A DNA stretch of 64,000 nucleotides from Actinomycetota bacterium (GTDB lineage Bacteria; Actinomycetota; Geothermincolia; Fen-727; Anoxymicrobiaceae), in NCBI GenBank assembly GCA_018896525.1, contig JAHIMR010000040.1:11492-75491 (forward strand), read 5' to 3'. Positions 28,891 through 37,975 of this stretch are shown here, piece by piece (position 1 is the stretch's first letter; each line of letters starts with the position of its first letter). The notes beneath the pieces are model-generated. The model made no database searches and was not told the DNA's origin. It saw only the letters and a program-made list of their open reading frames with translations. A program made the position numbers and the translations under genes.

Positions 28891-29997
28891 ATGACAGGTC
28901 ATGAGAAAATCCCTCCCGGGGAAAATGAGCTGGTTGATTTCGTATCCAGCATCACTGACCAGGCGCTCCTGCGAATCGAGGAGAAGCTGCCGCACGGCTA
29001 TGTCCGTCTGAAGGTTGCGGAGGCGGAGAGGCGCCAGGCACAGCATGATATCCGCTCAGTGGAAGACATAGTGATTGAACTGGTCAGGAACTCCCGTGAC
29101 GCCGGGGCGAGGATAGTGCTGGTCGGGTTCCAGAAGGAGCAGGGTCGTTACCGCAGGATAACTGTTGTGGATGATGGGTGCGGCATACCGGAAGAGATGC
29201 ACGGGATTATCTTTGAGCCCCGTGTCACCTCCAAGGGCGATGAGTTCAACGTGGACCGGTACGGTGTGCATGGGCGGGGCATGGCGTTGTTCTCAATCGA
29301 GTCACGCGCTATCGACGCGCGGGTATGTTCGTCTGTACCCGAACAGGGAACCGCTATCGTGCTCTCGGTTGACACGATGTCGGTGCCCGAGCGTTCGGAC
29401 CAGGCCACGGTCCCCAGGCTCGACGAAGTGGATGGCAAGGATGAGGTGGGGGGAGGGCCCCACAATGTGCACAGGGCGCTCCTGGAGATGTCGGTCGATT
29501 ATCCGAAGATGCGTTTCTATCTGGGGTCATTTGCCGAAGTGATAGCCACACTTGGATCGCTTGCCGGGGACGGAGAGGAGTATGAGGGCGTACTCTGGCA
29601 GGGACTTTCGGACGTGAATGACGCCAGGCGATTAATGGATATTGCCCAGCCGTTGGGGCTCCCGATATCGGAGAGGAACGCTTATCGGGTACTGGGCGGG
29701 AAGATCGCGCCGCTTGGGACGGTCTATGACATGGCGGTGAAAAACCGGCAAGCCGCCACGGTTGCCGAAAAGCCTGCGACTCCATCGGCGCGTCACCGGG
29801 AACCCCGGAAGAGAAATCCCCTGCGGAGGATCAGGCCTGATGACCTGGCCGAGATCGGAAGTGAAGCCGGTCGGGTCGCCGAGCGGGTGTTGGGCAGGTA
29901 TTATCTGAAATCCTACGGAACTCCCCAGGTTCGGAGGGGGAGGGGCAAGCTCACCATATCGATCTATGTCAACGGAGAAGACGGTGAAGATCAATAA
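28891..29997 (+). CDS. Orphan GHKL/GHL-type ATPase resembling the MutL N-terminal ATPase domain (HATPase_c_3-like), with an uncharacterised ~200-aa C-terminal domain.
   Basis: ELVRNSRDAGA (compare MutL ELVENSLDAGA, N-box), VVDDGCGIPEE (compare MutL DNGCGI, G1), PRVTSK (compare MutL ATSK, motif III), GVHGRGMALFSI (compare MutL GFRGEALASI, G2). There is no MutL C-terminal dimerisation/endonuclease domain and no H-box as in histidine kinases. Confidence 0.6.
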   Translation: MTGHEKIPPGENELVDFVSSITDQALLRIEEKLPHGYVRLKVAEAERRQAQHDIRSVEDIVIELVRNSRDAGARIVLVGFQKEQGRYRRITVVDDGCGIPEEMHGIIFEPRVTSKGDEFNVDRYGVHGRGMALFSIESRAIDARVCSSVPEQGTAIVLSVDTMSVPERSDQATVPRLDEVDGKDEVGGGPHNVHRALLEMSVDYPKMRFYLGSFAEVIATLGSLAGDGEEYEGVLWQGLSDVNDARRLMDIAQPLGLPISERNAYRVLGGKIAPLGTVYDMAVKNRQAATVAEKPATPSARHREPRKRNPLRRIRPDDLAEIGSEAGRVAERVLGRYYLKSYGTPQVRRGRGKLTISIYVNGEDGEDQ

Positions 29998-30929
29998 TGT
30001 CGGGGTCAGGCCTTAGGCGAAGAACGGTGCTTCAAATCATCATCGCGCTACTGGTGTTGCTTGCGGCATCGGGGATTGCCGAGTATTTTCTGCACAGGGC
30101 CCGGTCGAACGCCGCTAGCGTGAAGGAATACCACGAGGTCGTAGCAAGTGACTGGGGCAAGACCGTCGAGCGCTCGGAGAGCGTAAACACGGCCCTCACC
30201 GGAGTGGTTTCACCAGCTGATCTCGGGAGCGTGGCGAGCGCCGCGGGGCTTATGAGGGGAGAGCTCCAGGGGATTCTGGACGCGCGTGAGAAAAACCCGC
30301 CTCCGTCGGGCGAACGAAACCTCGCCGGAGCGGAGACGGAGTGCTTGACCTCACTGGACCGTTACCTTGAGATGGTTGAAGAGCTTGCTACGGGTGGTGA
30401 TGAGGAGAGCATTGTGGAGGACCGGGCACTGTTGGAAAGCCGCGCGGCTCAGGCGCTTTCAAAGGTCAACGACTTCCTCTTCAACGCGGAGTTCACCGGA
30501 GACCAGATATCAGGTGAATTCTTCAGGGCGGGTGAATCCCTGGCAAACGCGTTCGCCCCGCCAGAGTGGCAGAGCGCTGAAGAAGAGGTGGCGTACGGGA
30601 TAGTCAACAGTTTCATGGACGCGGACATCAAGGAGTTTAACCCGGACGTGCTCTGGTCACTATCTTCGAGCAAGCGTATCGAGGGCCTGAGGTTAATGGG
30701 AGTCACAAGGGAGAACTTCGCCGAGGGCTGGATTGACGCCCGGGGCGAGGAGAAGCATCCGGTGGATTTCCACGTCAGCAGGCGCGGCATCGTGTTTACT
30801 CCATCCACCGTTGAGTTGGAGGTAGTCGTATACCTGGAGCGCGGTGCCCCCTGGAGAGAAACCGTTCGCCTGGTGAGGGAAGCTGATGGATGGAAAGTGG
30901 AAGGATATCCGTTTGTGGGCTGGCTGTAG
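29997..30929 (+). CDS. Membrane-anchored (single N-terminal TM) extracytoplasmic protein of unknown function, co-operonic with the GHKL ATPase (ATGA-type overlap).
   Basis: MSGSGLRRRTVLQIIIALLVLLAASGIAEYF signal anchor, a helical region, then a beta-rich C-terminus. No recognisable motif. Confidence 0.5.
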   Translation: MSGSGLRRRTVLQIIIALLVLLAASGIAEYFLHRARSNAASVKEYHEVVASDWGKTVERSESVNTALTGVVSPADLGSVASAAGLMRGELQGILDAREKNPPPSGERNLAGAETECLTSLDRYLEMVEELATGGDEESIVEDRALLESRAAQALSKVNDFLFNAEFTGDQISGEFFRAGESLANAFAPPEWQSAEEEVAYGIVNSFMDADIKEFNPDVLWSLSSSKRIEGLRLMGVTRENFAEGWIDARGEEKHPVDFHVSRRGIVFTPSTVELEVVVYLERGAPWRETVRLVREADGWKVEGYPFVGWL

Positions 30930-31255
30930 TGCCCCGTCTCACAAATACAATGGCATTCGAACGCCGCTGCATCCACACCGGCTGCGTTCCGCTCCCTCGA
31001 AGTACTAAGGAAGTACGTATGAGTACCCCGCTCCATAGATACGCTGGCATTCGAACGCCGATGCATCCACACCGGCTGCGTTCCGCTCCCTCGAAGTACT
31101 ACAGAAGTACGTCTCGGTCACGCGCCTTGCCGGAGCGGCGCATCGACGCTCTCGGTGCTGAACCGTATCTATGGAGCGAGGCACTGAGTCACGCGCCTTG
31201 CCGGAGCGGCGCACCGACGCTCTCGGTGCGTCACCGTACTTATGAGACGGGACAC
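30929..31255. repeat. Family A array: left arm, left arm plus centre plus 2 right arms.
   Basis: GTGCCCCGTCTCACAAATACAATGGCATTCGAACGCCGCTGCATCCACACCGGCTGCGTTCCGCTCCCTCGAAGTACT... repeated, ending ...CGGTGCGTCACCGTACTTATGAGACGGGACAC. Confidence 0.9.
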
Positions 31256-31370
31256 TAGTGTTTGTGATAGACAGGGACGATGTTTTAAAATGGACTGATT
31301 ATCGCCGAAGAGCGCGGTGAGTGACTCAAGCGATTCCAGCGGATAGAGGTTTGCGAGGGGGAACGGGTAG

Positions 31371-31748
31371 ATGGCACTTACGATACTTCAAATAGTGGGA
31401 GCGGTGGCGGTCGTTATCCTGGTACTGCTCATGATCCCGATCATGCTGAGGCTCCGAAGAACCATTGGCGAGGTTGGCGAGATCGTGGCGGACAGCCGCC
31501 CTCAGGCGATTACGCTGCTGAAGAAGGCTCAGTCGACCCTGGACAGTGTGAACCGGGAACTGGAGAGCATTGAGGAGATCACCGAGGAAACCCAGGTACT
31601 GATGGAGAAGGCGGGAGACGCATCGGCGGCGGTCGAGAAGGCGATCAAGTCCCCGCTGTCACGGATGGGGTTGATAACCGCAGGGGTGGCCGCGGCGGGT
31701 TTTGCCGCGAAAAGGCGGTTGTCCAGGGACCTCTCCGCTAAACGGTAA
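31371..31748 (+). CDS. DUF948-like small membrane protein (N-terminal TM plus coiled coil).
   Basis: ILQIVGAVAVVILVLLMIPIMLRL TM helix, then a charged coiled coil. 125 aa. Confidence 0.6.
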   Translation: MALTILQIVGAVAVVILVLLMIPIMLRLRRTIGEVGEIVADSRPQAITLLKKAQSTLDSVNRELESIEEITEETQVLMEKAGDASAAVEKAIKSPLSRMGLITAGVAAAGFAAKRRLSRDLSAKR

Positions 31749-33094
31749 TGACCGGCCATGCTTCAGGTGGACGGCCCACCTCTTACTTTATTCGCACTTT
31801 CGGCTGCCAGATGAACATGCACGATACCGAGCACCTGGAGGGAGTCCTTGAGGATTCCGGGTGCATCCTCGCCGTGGACATAACGCAGGCCGATGTAGTG
31901 ATCTTCAACACCTGCATGGTCCGGAAGAGCGCTGAGGATAAGGCGTGGGGCCAGATTAGAGCAACAGCGTCCCGGAACCAGTCGGCCGTGATCGCGGTTT
32001 GCGGCTGTATGGCCGAGAGATACGGGGTCGAGATAATGAGTCGTTGCCCGGGGGTCAACCTCGTGTTCGGGCTGGATTCCTTCGATAGGCTGGCCGATTT
32101 GCTGGAGAGGTGTGATGGGAGGCTCTGCGACCTTGGGAGTATCGATGACGCCTCCATAGATCGATTGCCGTCAAAGAGGTCAAGCCCTTCCGCCGCCTGG
32201 ATCCCGGTGAGCCACGGTTGTGACCGCTTCTGCTCCTACTGCATCGTTCCCCTGGTCAGGGGGAGAGAGAGGAGCAGGCCGTTTGATGAGATTACAGAGG
32301 AGGTCCGTCGCCTGGCTGATGACGGCGTCCTGGAGGTCACGTTGCTGGGACAGAACGTCAACTCCTACGGAAGAGAGCTGGACGGGGCCTCCTTCGCCGG
32401 ATTACTGGAGGCGGTGGCAAACCAACCCGGGATCCGGCGGGTGAAGTTCGAGACCTCGCATCCCGGCGACCTGTCCGACTCGATTTTGAGGGTCATGTCC
32501 GAGACCGCGGAGGTGTGCGAGTACCTTCACATCCCTGTCCAATCGGGCTCGAACAGCATTCTCGAGGCGATGGGGAGAGGTTATGACCGGGATTACTACC
32601 TTCAGCGAGTTGAACGCGCACGTGAACTCATGCCCGGAGTGGTTGTTTCGACTGACATAATGGTAGGTTTTCCCGGTGAAACCGACGATGATTTCGAGAA
32701 CACCATGGACCTTGTTCGGGCGGTGGGATTCGATGCCGCCTTTATGTTCATATACTCTCGCCGTGAGGGCACCGCAGCCGCGGCGATGGAAAACGAGGTG
32801 TCACAGTCGGTCTTAAAGGAGCGATTCGAGGCCCTTAGCCGCCTGCAGAGCCGTCTAACGGGGAGTTCCCTGAGCAACCTGGTGGGGAGCACGGTGGAAC
32901 TGCTGGTGGAATGCGAGGCCAGGAGTGGTGAATACGTGGTGGGAAGAACACGCGGAAACCAGGTCGTGCTGCTGCCGGCCGAAGATGCGCCGCTTCATTC
33001 ACTTGTTGAAGCGTCGGTAACGAGCGCCGGTGGCCACGCCGCCAGGGGACGGGTGGACAAGGTGATAAGGGAGCCGGGTCGTAGCACCTGGTAG
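31748..33094 (+). CDS. miaB: tRNA-2-methylthio-N6-dimethylallyladenosine synthase MiaB.
   Basis: YFIRTFGCQMNMHDTE (MTTase N-terminal), radical-SAM CDRFCSYCIVP, C-terminal TRAM. 448 aa. TAATG overlap with the upstream gene. Confidence 0.9.
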   Translation: MTGHASGGRPTSYFIRTFGCQMNMHDTEHLEGVLEDSGCILAVDITQADVVIFNTCMVRKSAEDKAWGQIRATASRNQSAVIAVCGCMAERYGVEIMSRCPGVNLVFGLDSFDRLADLLERCDGRLCDLGSIDDASIDRLPSKRSSPSAAWIPVSHGCDRFCSYCIVPLVRGRERSRPFDEITEEVRRLADDGVLEVTLLGQNVNSYGRELDGASFAGLLEAVANQPGIRRVKFETSHPGDLSDSILRVMSETAEVCEYLHIPVQSGSNSILEAMGRGYDRDYYLQRVERARELMPGVVVSTDIMVGFPGETDDDFENTMDLVRAVGFDAAFMFIYSRREGTAAAAMENEVSQSVLKERFEALSRLQSRLTGSSLSNLVGSTVELLVECEARSGEYVVGRTRGNQVVLLPAEDAPLHSLVEASVTSAGGHAARGRVDKVIREPGRSTW

Positions 33095-33115
33095 CGCAGC
33101 AAGGAGGAGGAACTG

Positions 33116-33646
33116 ATGAGTCTGTTCACCGGGGAAAGCGCGTTGCTAGTCGTCGACATGATAAACGATTTCGTCAGGCCTGACGGCGCGTTGCCGGTAC
33201 CGGCGGCAATGGGGATAGTGCCTTACGTCGCCTCCCTGGCAGATGAGGCGCGCAGGCTGGGAATCCCGGTGGTTTACGTCGACGATTCCCACGATCCCGA
33301 CGACAAGGAGTTCGAGGATTGGCCCGTCCACGCGGTCGAGGGAACCGATGGCGCCCGGGTGGTCGATAAGCTCGAGCCGAATGAGGGAGACCACGTGGTC
33401 ACCTGCAAGTGCTACTCAGGCTTCTTCGGGACCAAACTGGACGAACTCCTGGGTGAACTCGGTGTCGAGCACGTCGTGGTGACGGGGACGGTCACGAATA
33501 TCTGTGTGTACGCCACATGCCTGGACGCCTATATGCGGGGGTACAGGATAACGGTCCCCAGAAACGGTGTCGCGGGATTGAACGAAGAGGAGCATGAGTT
33601 CGCGTTGAGACAGATCGAGCAGGTCCTGTTCGGAGAAGTGATTTAA
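33116..33646 (+). CDS. pncA: Nicotinamidase/pyrazinamidase (isochorismatase-fold cysteine hydrolase).
   Basis: Catalytic-triad context VVDMINDF (Asp), ...CKC...K, TNICV (Cys). 176 aa. Perfect AAGGAGGAGG RBS. Confidence 0.8.
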   Translation: MSLFTGESALLVVDMINDFVRPDGALPVPAAMGIVPYVASLADEARRLGIPVVYVDDSHDPDDKEFEDWPVHAVEGTDGARVVDKLEPNEGDHVVTCKCYSGFFGTKLDELLGELGVEHVVVTGTVTNICVYATCLDAYMRGYRITVPRNGVAGLNEEEHEFALRQIEQVLFGEVI

Positions 33647-33667
33647 GGACGCAGGAGAGGAGCATTC

Positions 33668-34831
33668 ATGGGTTTTCAAACCGCTTCCGATGACTGTATC
33701 AAGAAAGGCCGGGTCACCGATGTCTACTTCGAGCGTGTGGCCAGGTCGCTGGAAGGCCGGGGGATAAACCCGCTGGTTTCGATGGAGGTGCGGGCGACCG
33801 ACCTGCCCGGTGACTGGGAGTGGGCCATATTCGCCGGCCTCGCCGAGGTGCTCGAGCTTGCTCAAGAACTTCCCGTCTCGCTGAGGGCGCTGGAAGAAGG
33901 TGACATCTTCCATGCGGGCGAACCGGTCCTCCAGGTATCCGGTAAGTACCTCGATTTCGGTGTCTACGAAACGGCCATACTGGGGCTGATCTGTCAGGCG
34001 TCGGGGATAGCCACCAGCGCCGCGCGCTGCAAGCACGCCGCCGGAGAGCGGACGGTCATCAGCTTCGGAGCCAGAAGAATGCATCCCGCGCTCGCACCGA
34101 TGATTGAGCGTAACGCTTTCGTAGGCGGTTGCGACGGAGTCGCGGTGGTGGAGAGCGCCGTTCGCATAGGGGAGGAGCCTTCCGGAACAATGTCCCATAC
34201 GCTGATACTCTGCGCTCGTGACGAGAGGGTCGCTTTCGAGGCGTTTGACGAGTCCATGGGCCCCGACGTAAAGAGGATAGCCCTGGTTGACACGTTTCAG
34301 GACGAGAAGTTCGGTGCGCTTTTCGCCGCCGAGGTGCTGGGGGAGAAACTGTTCGCGGTCAGGCTGGATACGCCGGGTTCCAGGCGGGGTGACTTCCCGC
34401 GGATCATGGAGGAGGTGCGTTGGGAACTGGACATACGCGGATTTGAGGACGTGAAGCTGTTCATCTCCGGCGGAATTGACGAGTACAAGATCCTCGACTA
34501 CAACCGGTGCGCCGACGCCTACGGGGTGGGTACCCACATCAGCAACTCGCCGGTTGTGAACTACTCCATGGACATCGTGGAGATCGATGGTGTGCCGATG
34601 GCCAAACGGGGCAAGAAATCCGGGCTGAAGCAACTATGGTCCTGTCCCTCCTGTGGAGCCCGGATACAAACGCTATCCTCCAGCGACAGGCCGGAGTGCC
34701 GGGAATGCGGGGAGGAGATGAAGGCGATGCTTTCCGAAAAACTCGATAGTGGCGATAGACTCTCCGGCGATCTGACACCACGGCAGATAAGGTCGCGTGT
34801 TCTCGAGGGCCTGAGCACGGTTCGGTTGTGA
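33668..34831 (+). CDS. pncB: Nicotinate phosphoribosyltransferase (type II PRTase fold) with a C-terminal C4 zinc ribbon.
   Basis: 387 aa with a NAPRTase-like core. C-terminus CPSCGARIQ...CRECGEEM. Adjacent to pncA, so a NAD salvage pair. Confidence 0.75.
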   Translation: MGFQTASDDCIKKGRVTDVYFERVARSLEGRGINPLVSMEVRATDLPGDWEWAIFAGLAEVLELAQELPVSLRALEEGDIFHAGEPVLQVSGKYLDFGVYETAILGLICQASGIATSAARCKHAAGERTVISFGARRMHPALAPMIERNAFVGGCDGVAVVESAVRIGEEPSGTMSHTLILCARDERVAFEAFDESMGPDVKRIALVDTFQDEKFGALFAAEVLGEKLFAVRLDTPGSRRGDFPRIMEEVRWELDIRGFEDVKLFISGGIDEYKILDYNRCADAYGVGTHISNSPVVNYSMDIVEIDGVPMAKRGKKSGLKQLWSCPSCGARIQTLSSSDRPECRECGEEMKAMLSEKLDSGDRLSGDLTPRQIRSRVLEGLSTVRL

Positions 34832-35679
34832 AAACGGGGGCGGGATCGGCAGTCCTGGACGGAAAAACGTGGCGTTTCATCGTGGACCGCGGTCTACGGG
34901 GATGCTCCAACATGGCCCGTGACGAGGCGCTTGCTGCCGGAGTCGCCGGGGGCGCCCCCCCGGCGCTCAGGGTATACAGGTTCGAACCGCCAGCGATAAG
35001 CATCGGGAGGTTCCAGGAGATTGGGCGGGAGATTGATCCGGAAACCTGTCGCGAGGAAGGTGTGGAGGTGGTCCGGAGGCCAACCGGAGGGTTGGCCATT
35101 CTCCACGCCGATGATTTCACCTACAGCGTAACGATACCTTCGGGCGACGTCGGCCTGGCCGCGAAGGAACTGTGCTTTAAAGGTGTGGCGGCCGGGATAC
35201 TCGAGTCGCTTCGAGAACTCGGCGTATCCGCCCGGCTGTCCAGGCACTCAGACAACGGTGAAGCGGCTTCCATCTGGTGCCTTCAGAGCGCGTTCGGGGT
35301 TGACCTCGAAGTGGACGGAAGAAAGATTTGCGGAAGCGCTCAAAGGGTGTCCCCCCGGGCGATACTGCAGCACGGCACGCTTTTCTTGAAAGACAACCAT
35401 AGACTCGCGGATAGAATCACCAGGGGCGGTTCTCTTGCCGGTGAACGCACCGGGCCGCTGTTCGTTACGCTCACCGAAGCGTGTGGCAGAGAGATCACCT
35501 GGGAGGAAGTGAAAGCCGCGTTCCAGGCGGGGTTCGCCGGTGCCCTTGGCATAACTCTCGAGGCCGGTGCCCTGTGTGAAGAGGAGGAGGCGATGGCACG
35601 GCGCCTGCTGGTGAACAAATATGGGAGTGAGTCGTGGACCGGCGGTGGGGGAGAGGACGCCGGCCTCCCGGCTTTGTGA
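34828..35679 (+). CDS. Lipoate-protein ligase / octanoyltransferase family protein (BPL/LPL catalytic domain).
   Basis: RVYRFEPPAISIGRFQ ... RRPTGGLAILH ... KICGSAQR is the LplA/LipM-type catalytic core. 283 aa from the GTG; the start may be ATG 34912. Confidence 0.7.
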   Translation: MKTGAGSAVLDGKTWRFIVDRGLRGCSNMARDEALAAGVAGGAPPALRVYRFEPPAISIGRFQEIGREIDPETCREEGVEVVRRPTGGLAILHADDFTYSVTIPSGDVGLAAKELCFKGVAAGILESLRELGVSARLSRHSDNGEAASIWCLQSAFGVDLEVDGRKICGSAQRVSPRAILQHGTLFLKDNHRLADRITRGGSLAGERTGPLFVTLTEACGREITWEEVKAAFQAGFAGALGITLEAGALCEEEEAMARRLLVNKYGSESWTGGGGEDAGLPAL

Positions 35680-35716
35680 TATTATCTAGGTAGATGGTAT
35701 TAATGGGGAGGTTGCG

Positions 35717-35944
35717 ATGACTGATAAAGACGTAGAACGGAACGTAAGGTCTTCGACACCGGAAGGCATACGGACACCGACCGAGCGCCACGTGCATGGC
35801 ATAGGGGAGAAGCACAGTATCTCGTTCGGTGAGAAATCACAGGCCTCCAAGACCAGGGAGAGCCTCCTCGAGAAGTTCCGAAAGAGAGAGAAAAAGAGGA
35901 GAGGCGCGATAAGCAAGGAAGAGTCTGGAGAGGCCGGTGAGTAG
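35717..35944 (+). CDS. Small, highly charged (K/R/E-rich) hypothetical protein.
   Basis: 75-aa ORF in the garA-upstream position. No motif; coding status uncertain. Confidence 0.3.
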   Translation: MTDKDVERNVRSSTPEGIRTPTERHVHGIGEKHSISFGEKSQASKTRESLLEKFRKREKKRRGAISKEESGEAGE

Positions 35945-36140
35945 TGAGGATACCATGCCGGATGTCGGTGTTTCTCCCGGCAGGGTAATCATTGAACTAA
36001 GTGAGTTATCGTCAAAGAAAAGGAACGTGGTTCTCGGACTCGTAAAGGACATGGGATTCACGCCGGAGGAGATTAGGGAAGTGGTGGTCCGATTGCCCGA
36101 CCACGATATCGGTAGCGCAGACGGAGTAACGGCGCTGTAG
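35937..36140 (+). CDS. Small hypothetical protein (67 aa) overlapping the previous ORF by 8 nt.
   Basis: ORF only; weak evidence. Confidence 0.25.
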   Translation: MSSEDTMPDVGVSPGRVIIELSELSSKKRNVVLGLVKDMGFTPEEIREVVVRLPDHDIGSADGVTAL

Positions 36141-36151
36141 GGGTTGGTAAG

Positions 36152-36619
36152 GTGTTCTGTCCCGCGTGTGGCAAGAATAATCCTGAGGATAGCGCGTACT
36201 GTTCTCAGTGTGGCGCCTATCTCGTATCGCGAGATCACGAAGGTGATACGACAATCACGCTGACACCGGTGGAAGCGGATATGGAGCAGGAGGAGGATAT
36301 CCAGGTTCCCGATGAGGAGCTATCCGCCGGTGCGGCTATGCTGGTTGTCAAGAGGGGACCTCGCGCCGGAACGCGTTTCGTCCTTACCAGGGATGTCACA
36401 GGCGCCGGCCGTCACCCCGAAAGCGATATCTTCCTGGACGACATAACGGTGTCCCGTCGCCACGCCGAGATCCACAGGAGCGGTTCAGCGTTTCGTATCA
36501 AAGACATGAAGAGCCTTAACGGTACGTACGTCAATAAATTGAGAGTTGAGGAAGCGGACCTGGCGGGTGGCGACGAGATACAGATTGGCAAATTCCGGCT
36601 TATCTTTTTCTGTAAATAG
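36152..36619 (+). CDS. garA: GarA/OdhI-like FHA-domain regulator with an added N-terminal C4 zinc ribbon.
   Basis: LVVKRGPRAGTRFVLTRDVTGAGRHPESDIFLDDITVSRRHAEIHRSGSAFRIKDMKSLNGTYVNKLRVEEADLAGGDEIQIGKFRLIF is near-identical in pattern to the mycobacterial GarA FHA domain. N-terminus CPACG...CSQCG. Thr-rich GDTTITLTP resembles the GarA phospho-acceptor ETTS motif. Confidence 0.8.
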   Translation: MFCPACGKNNPEDSAYCSQCGAYLVSRDHEGDTTITLTPVEADMEQEEDIQVPDEELSAGAAMLVVKRGPRAGTRFVLTRDVTGAGRHPESDIFLDDITVSRRHAEIHRSGSAFRIKDMKSLNGTYVNKLRVEEADLAGGDEIQIGKFRLIFFCK

Positions 36620-36708
36620 CAGGCAAAATATTCACATTCGACCTCCCTTTCTCTCGTATTTAATGTTAAGGTTAGAGTATACGTTAAGAGTTAGAGGTGG
36701 TTGTGTGT

Positions 36709-37545
36709 ATGGCTTCTGAGGAAAAGAAGTACGGAATAGGAGAGGTCCAGGAGCTCCTGAAAGAGGAGTTCTCCGATATCACCATCAGTAAAATCCGGTT
36801 TCTGGAGAAGGAAGGGCTGGTTTCTCCAGAGAGGACACCGAGCGGTTATCGTAAGTTCACAAAGGCGAACATCAAGCTGTTGAGCTATGTACTTCGACTT
36901 CAGCGTGAGGAGTATTTGCCGCTCTCGGTCATAAAGCGGAAGATACAAGACCTCGAATCGGGGAAGGTCAGGGCGGGAGACCTCAACGTGATGGCCGGCG
37001 GTGTGCCGTCAATTGAGGGAGAGGTGTCGGTATCTGTCGATCTGGCGCCGTCCAAGCTTGGCCTGTCGCCGGAAACGCTCAACGAACTGATTGACTTCGA
37101 TATCGTCCATGTTACCGACGGGCCGGAAGGAAAGTACTTCGCCCCTGAAGACATGAAGGTGCTGGGCATCGCCCGGGAGTTCTCCCGCTATGGTATAGAG
37201 CCACGACACCTGCGTATGTTTTCCCAGTTCGTGGGACGTGAGGCTGCGTTGGTAGAGCAGATAGTAATGCCCCAGCTCCAGCGAAAGGACCCCAACACAA
37301 GACGTAACGCCATCAAGGACATGGAAAACCTGATGTCGCTCTGCCAGATGCTGACCCAGGCCCTACTAAACCAGGCGTTATCCAAATACCTGCCACGACA
37401 CGCACAACTGGACATTCCGGACGAGGAGTCTCCAGAAAGGGAGAGCGAGCATGCTGGGGAACCAGGTGAAATAGAGGCCACTCCTGCTCAGGACTTCCCG
37501 AAACAGGTCGGCCCCCCGGACCGGGAGATGTTTCCCGACCGGTAG
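36709..37545 (+). CDS. MerR-family transcriptional regulator with a long C-terminal extension (Rv1828-like position next to garA).
   Basis: HTH YGIGEVQELLKEEFSDITISKIRFLEKEGLVSPERTPSGYRKF. Start ATG 36709 with AGAGGTGG RBS. Confidence 0.8.
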   Translation: MASEEKKYGIGEVQELLKEEFSDITISKIRFLEKEGLVSPERTPSGYRKFTKANIKLLSYVLRLQREEYLPLSVIKRKIQDLESGKVRAGDLNVMAGGVPSIEGEVSVSVDLAPSKLGLSPETLNELIDFDIVHVTDGPEGKYFAPEDMKVLGIAREFSRYGIEPRHLRMFSQFVGREAALVEQIVMPQLQRKDPNTRRNAIKDMENLMSLCQMLTQALLNQALSKYLPRHAQLDIPDEESPERESEHAGEPGEIEATPAQDFPKQVGPPDREMFPDR

Positions 37546-37608
37546 TACCGAGTCGTTCTCTCCTGTATTATACTAACCAGTGTCCGAATATGCCTTTCAT
37601 GTTCATAA

Positions 37609-37772
37609 GTGCCCCGTTCCATGAATACGGTTAAGCACCGAGAGCGTCGAAGCGCCACTCCGGCAAGGCGCGCGACCGAGTCGTACTCCTGGAGTACGTC
37701 GAGGGAGCGGAACGCAGTCGGTGTGGACGGGAGCGGCGTTCGAATGCCAGCGTATTTATGGAGCGGGGCACT
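37609..37772. repeat. Family A element, full length, reverse orientation.
   Basis: GTGCCCCGTTCCATGAATACGGTTAAGCACCGAGAGCGTCGAAGCGCC ... GTATTTATGGAGCGGGGCAC. Confidence 0.9.
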
Positions 37773-37904
37773 AAGAGCGAGCGTGAAGGACCAGATGACC
37801 GATAGTGATTTATCGAACAAACGAATAGGAAGCGTGGAATGCCCCAGAAGCGCGATTGCTGCGGTGGGAGGGGTATTGTCTTGATCTAGTGTCGGGAAAG
37901 GGCG

Positions 37905-37936
37905 CTGTGAAACCCCCTTCCTGGGGGTTTTTTCAC
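37905..37936 (+). terminator. Strong hairpin AAACCCCC-TTCCT-GGGGGTTT followed by TTTT, 40 nt upstream of the mgtE start. Terminator or attenuator of a ~190-nt mgtE leader.
   Basis: 8-bp stem, 5-nt loop and U-tract, read directly. mgtE genes are frequently controlled by Mg-sensing leaders, but no M-box consensus was recognised by eye. Confidence 0.5.
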
Positions 37937-37975
37937 GCCCTGAAACGAGGGCCTGACGTGCGGTACCTGAGCCTC

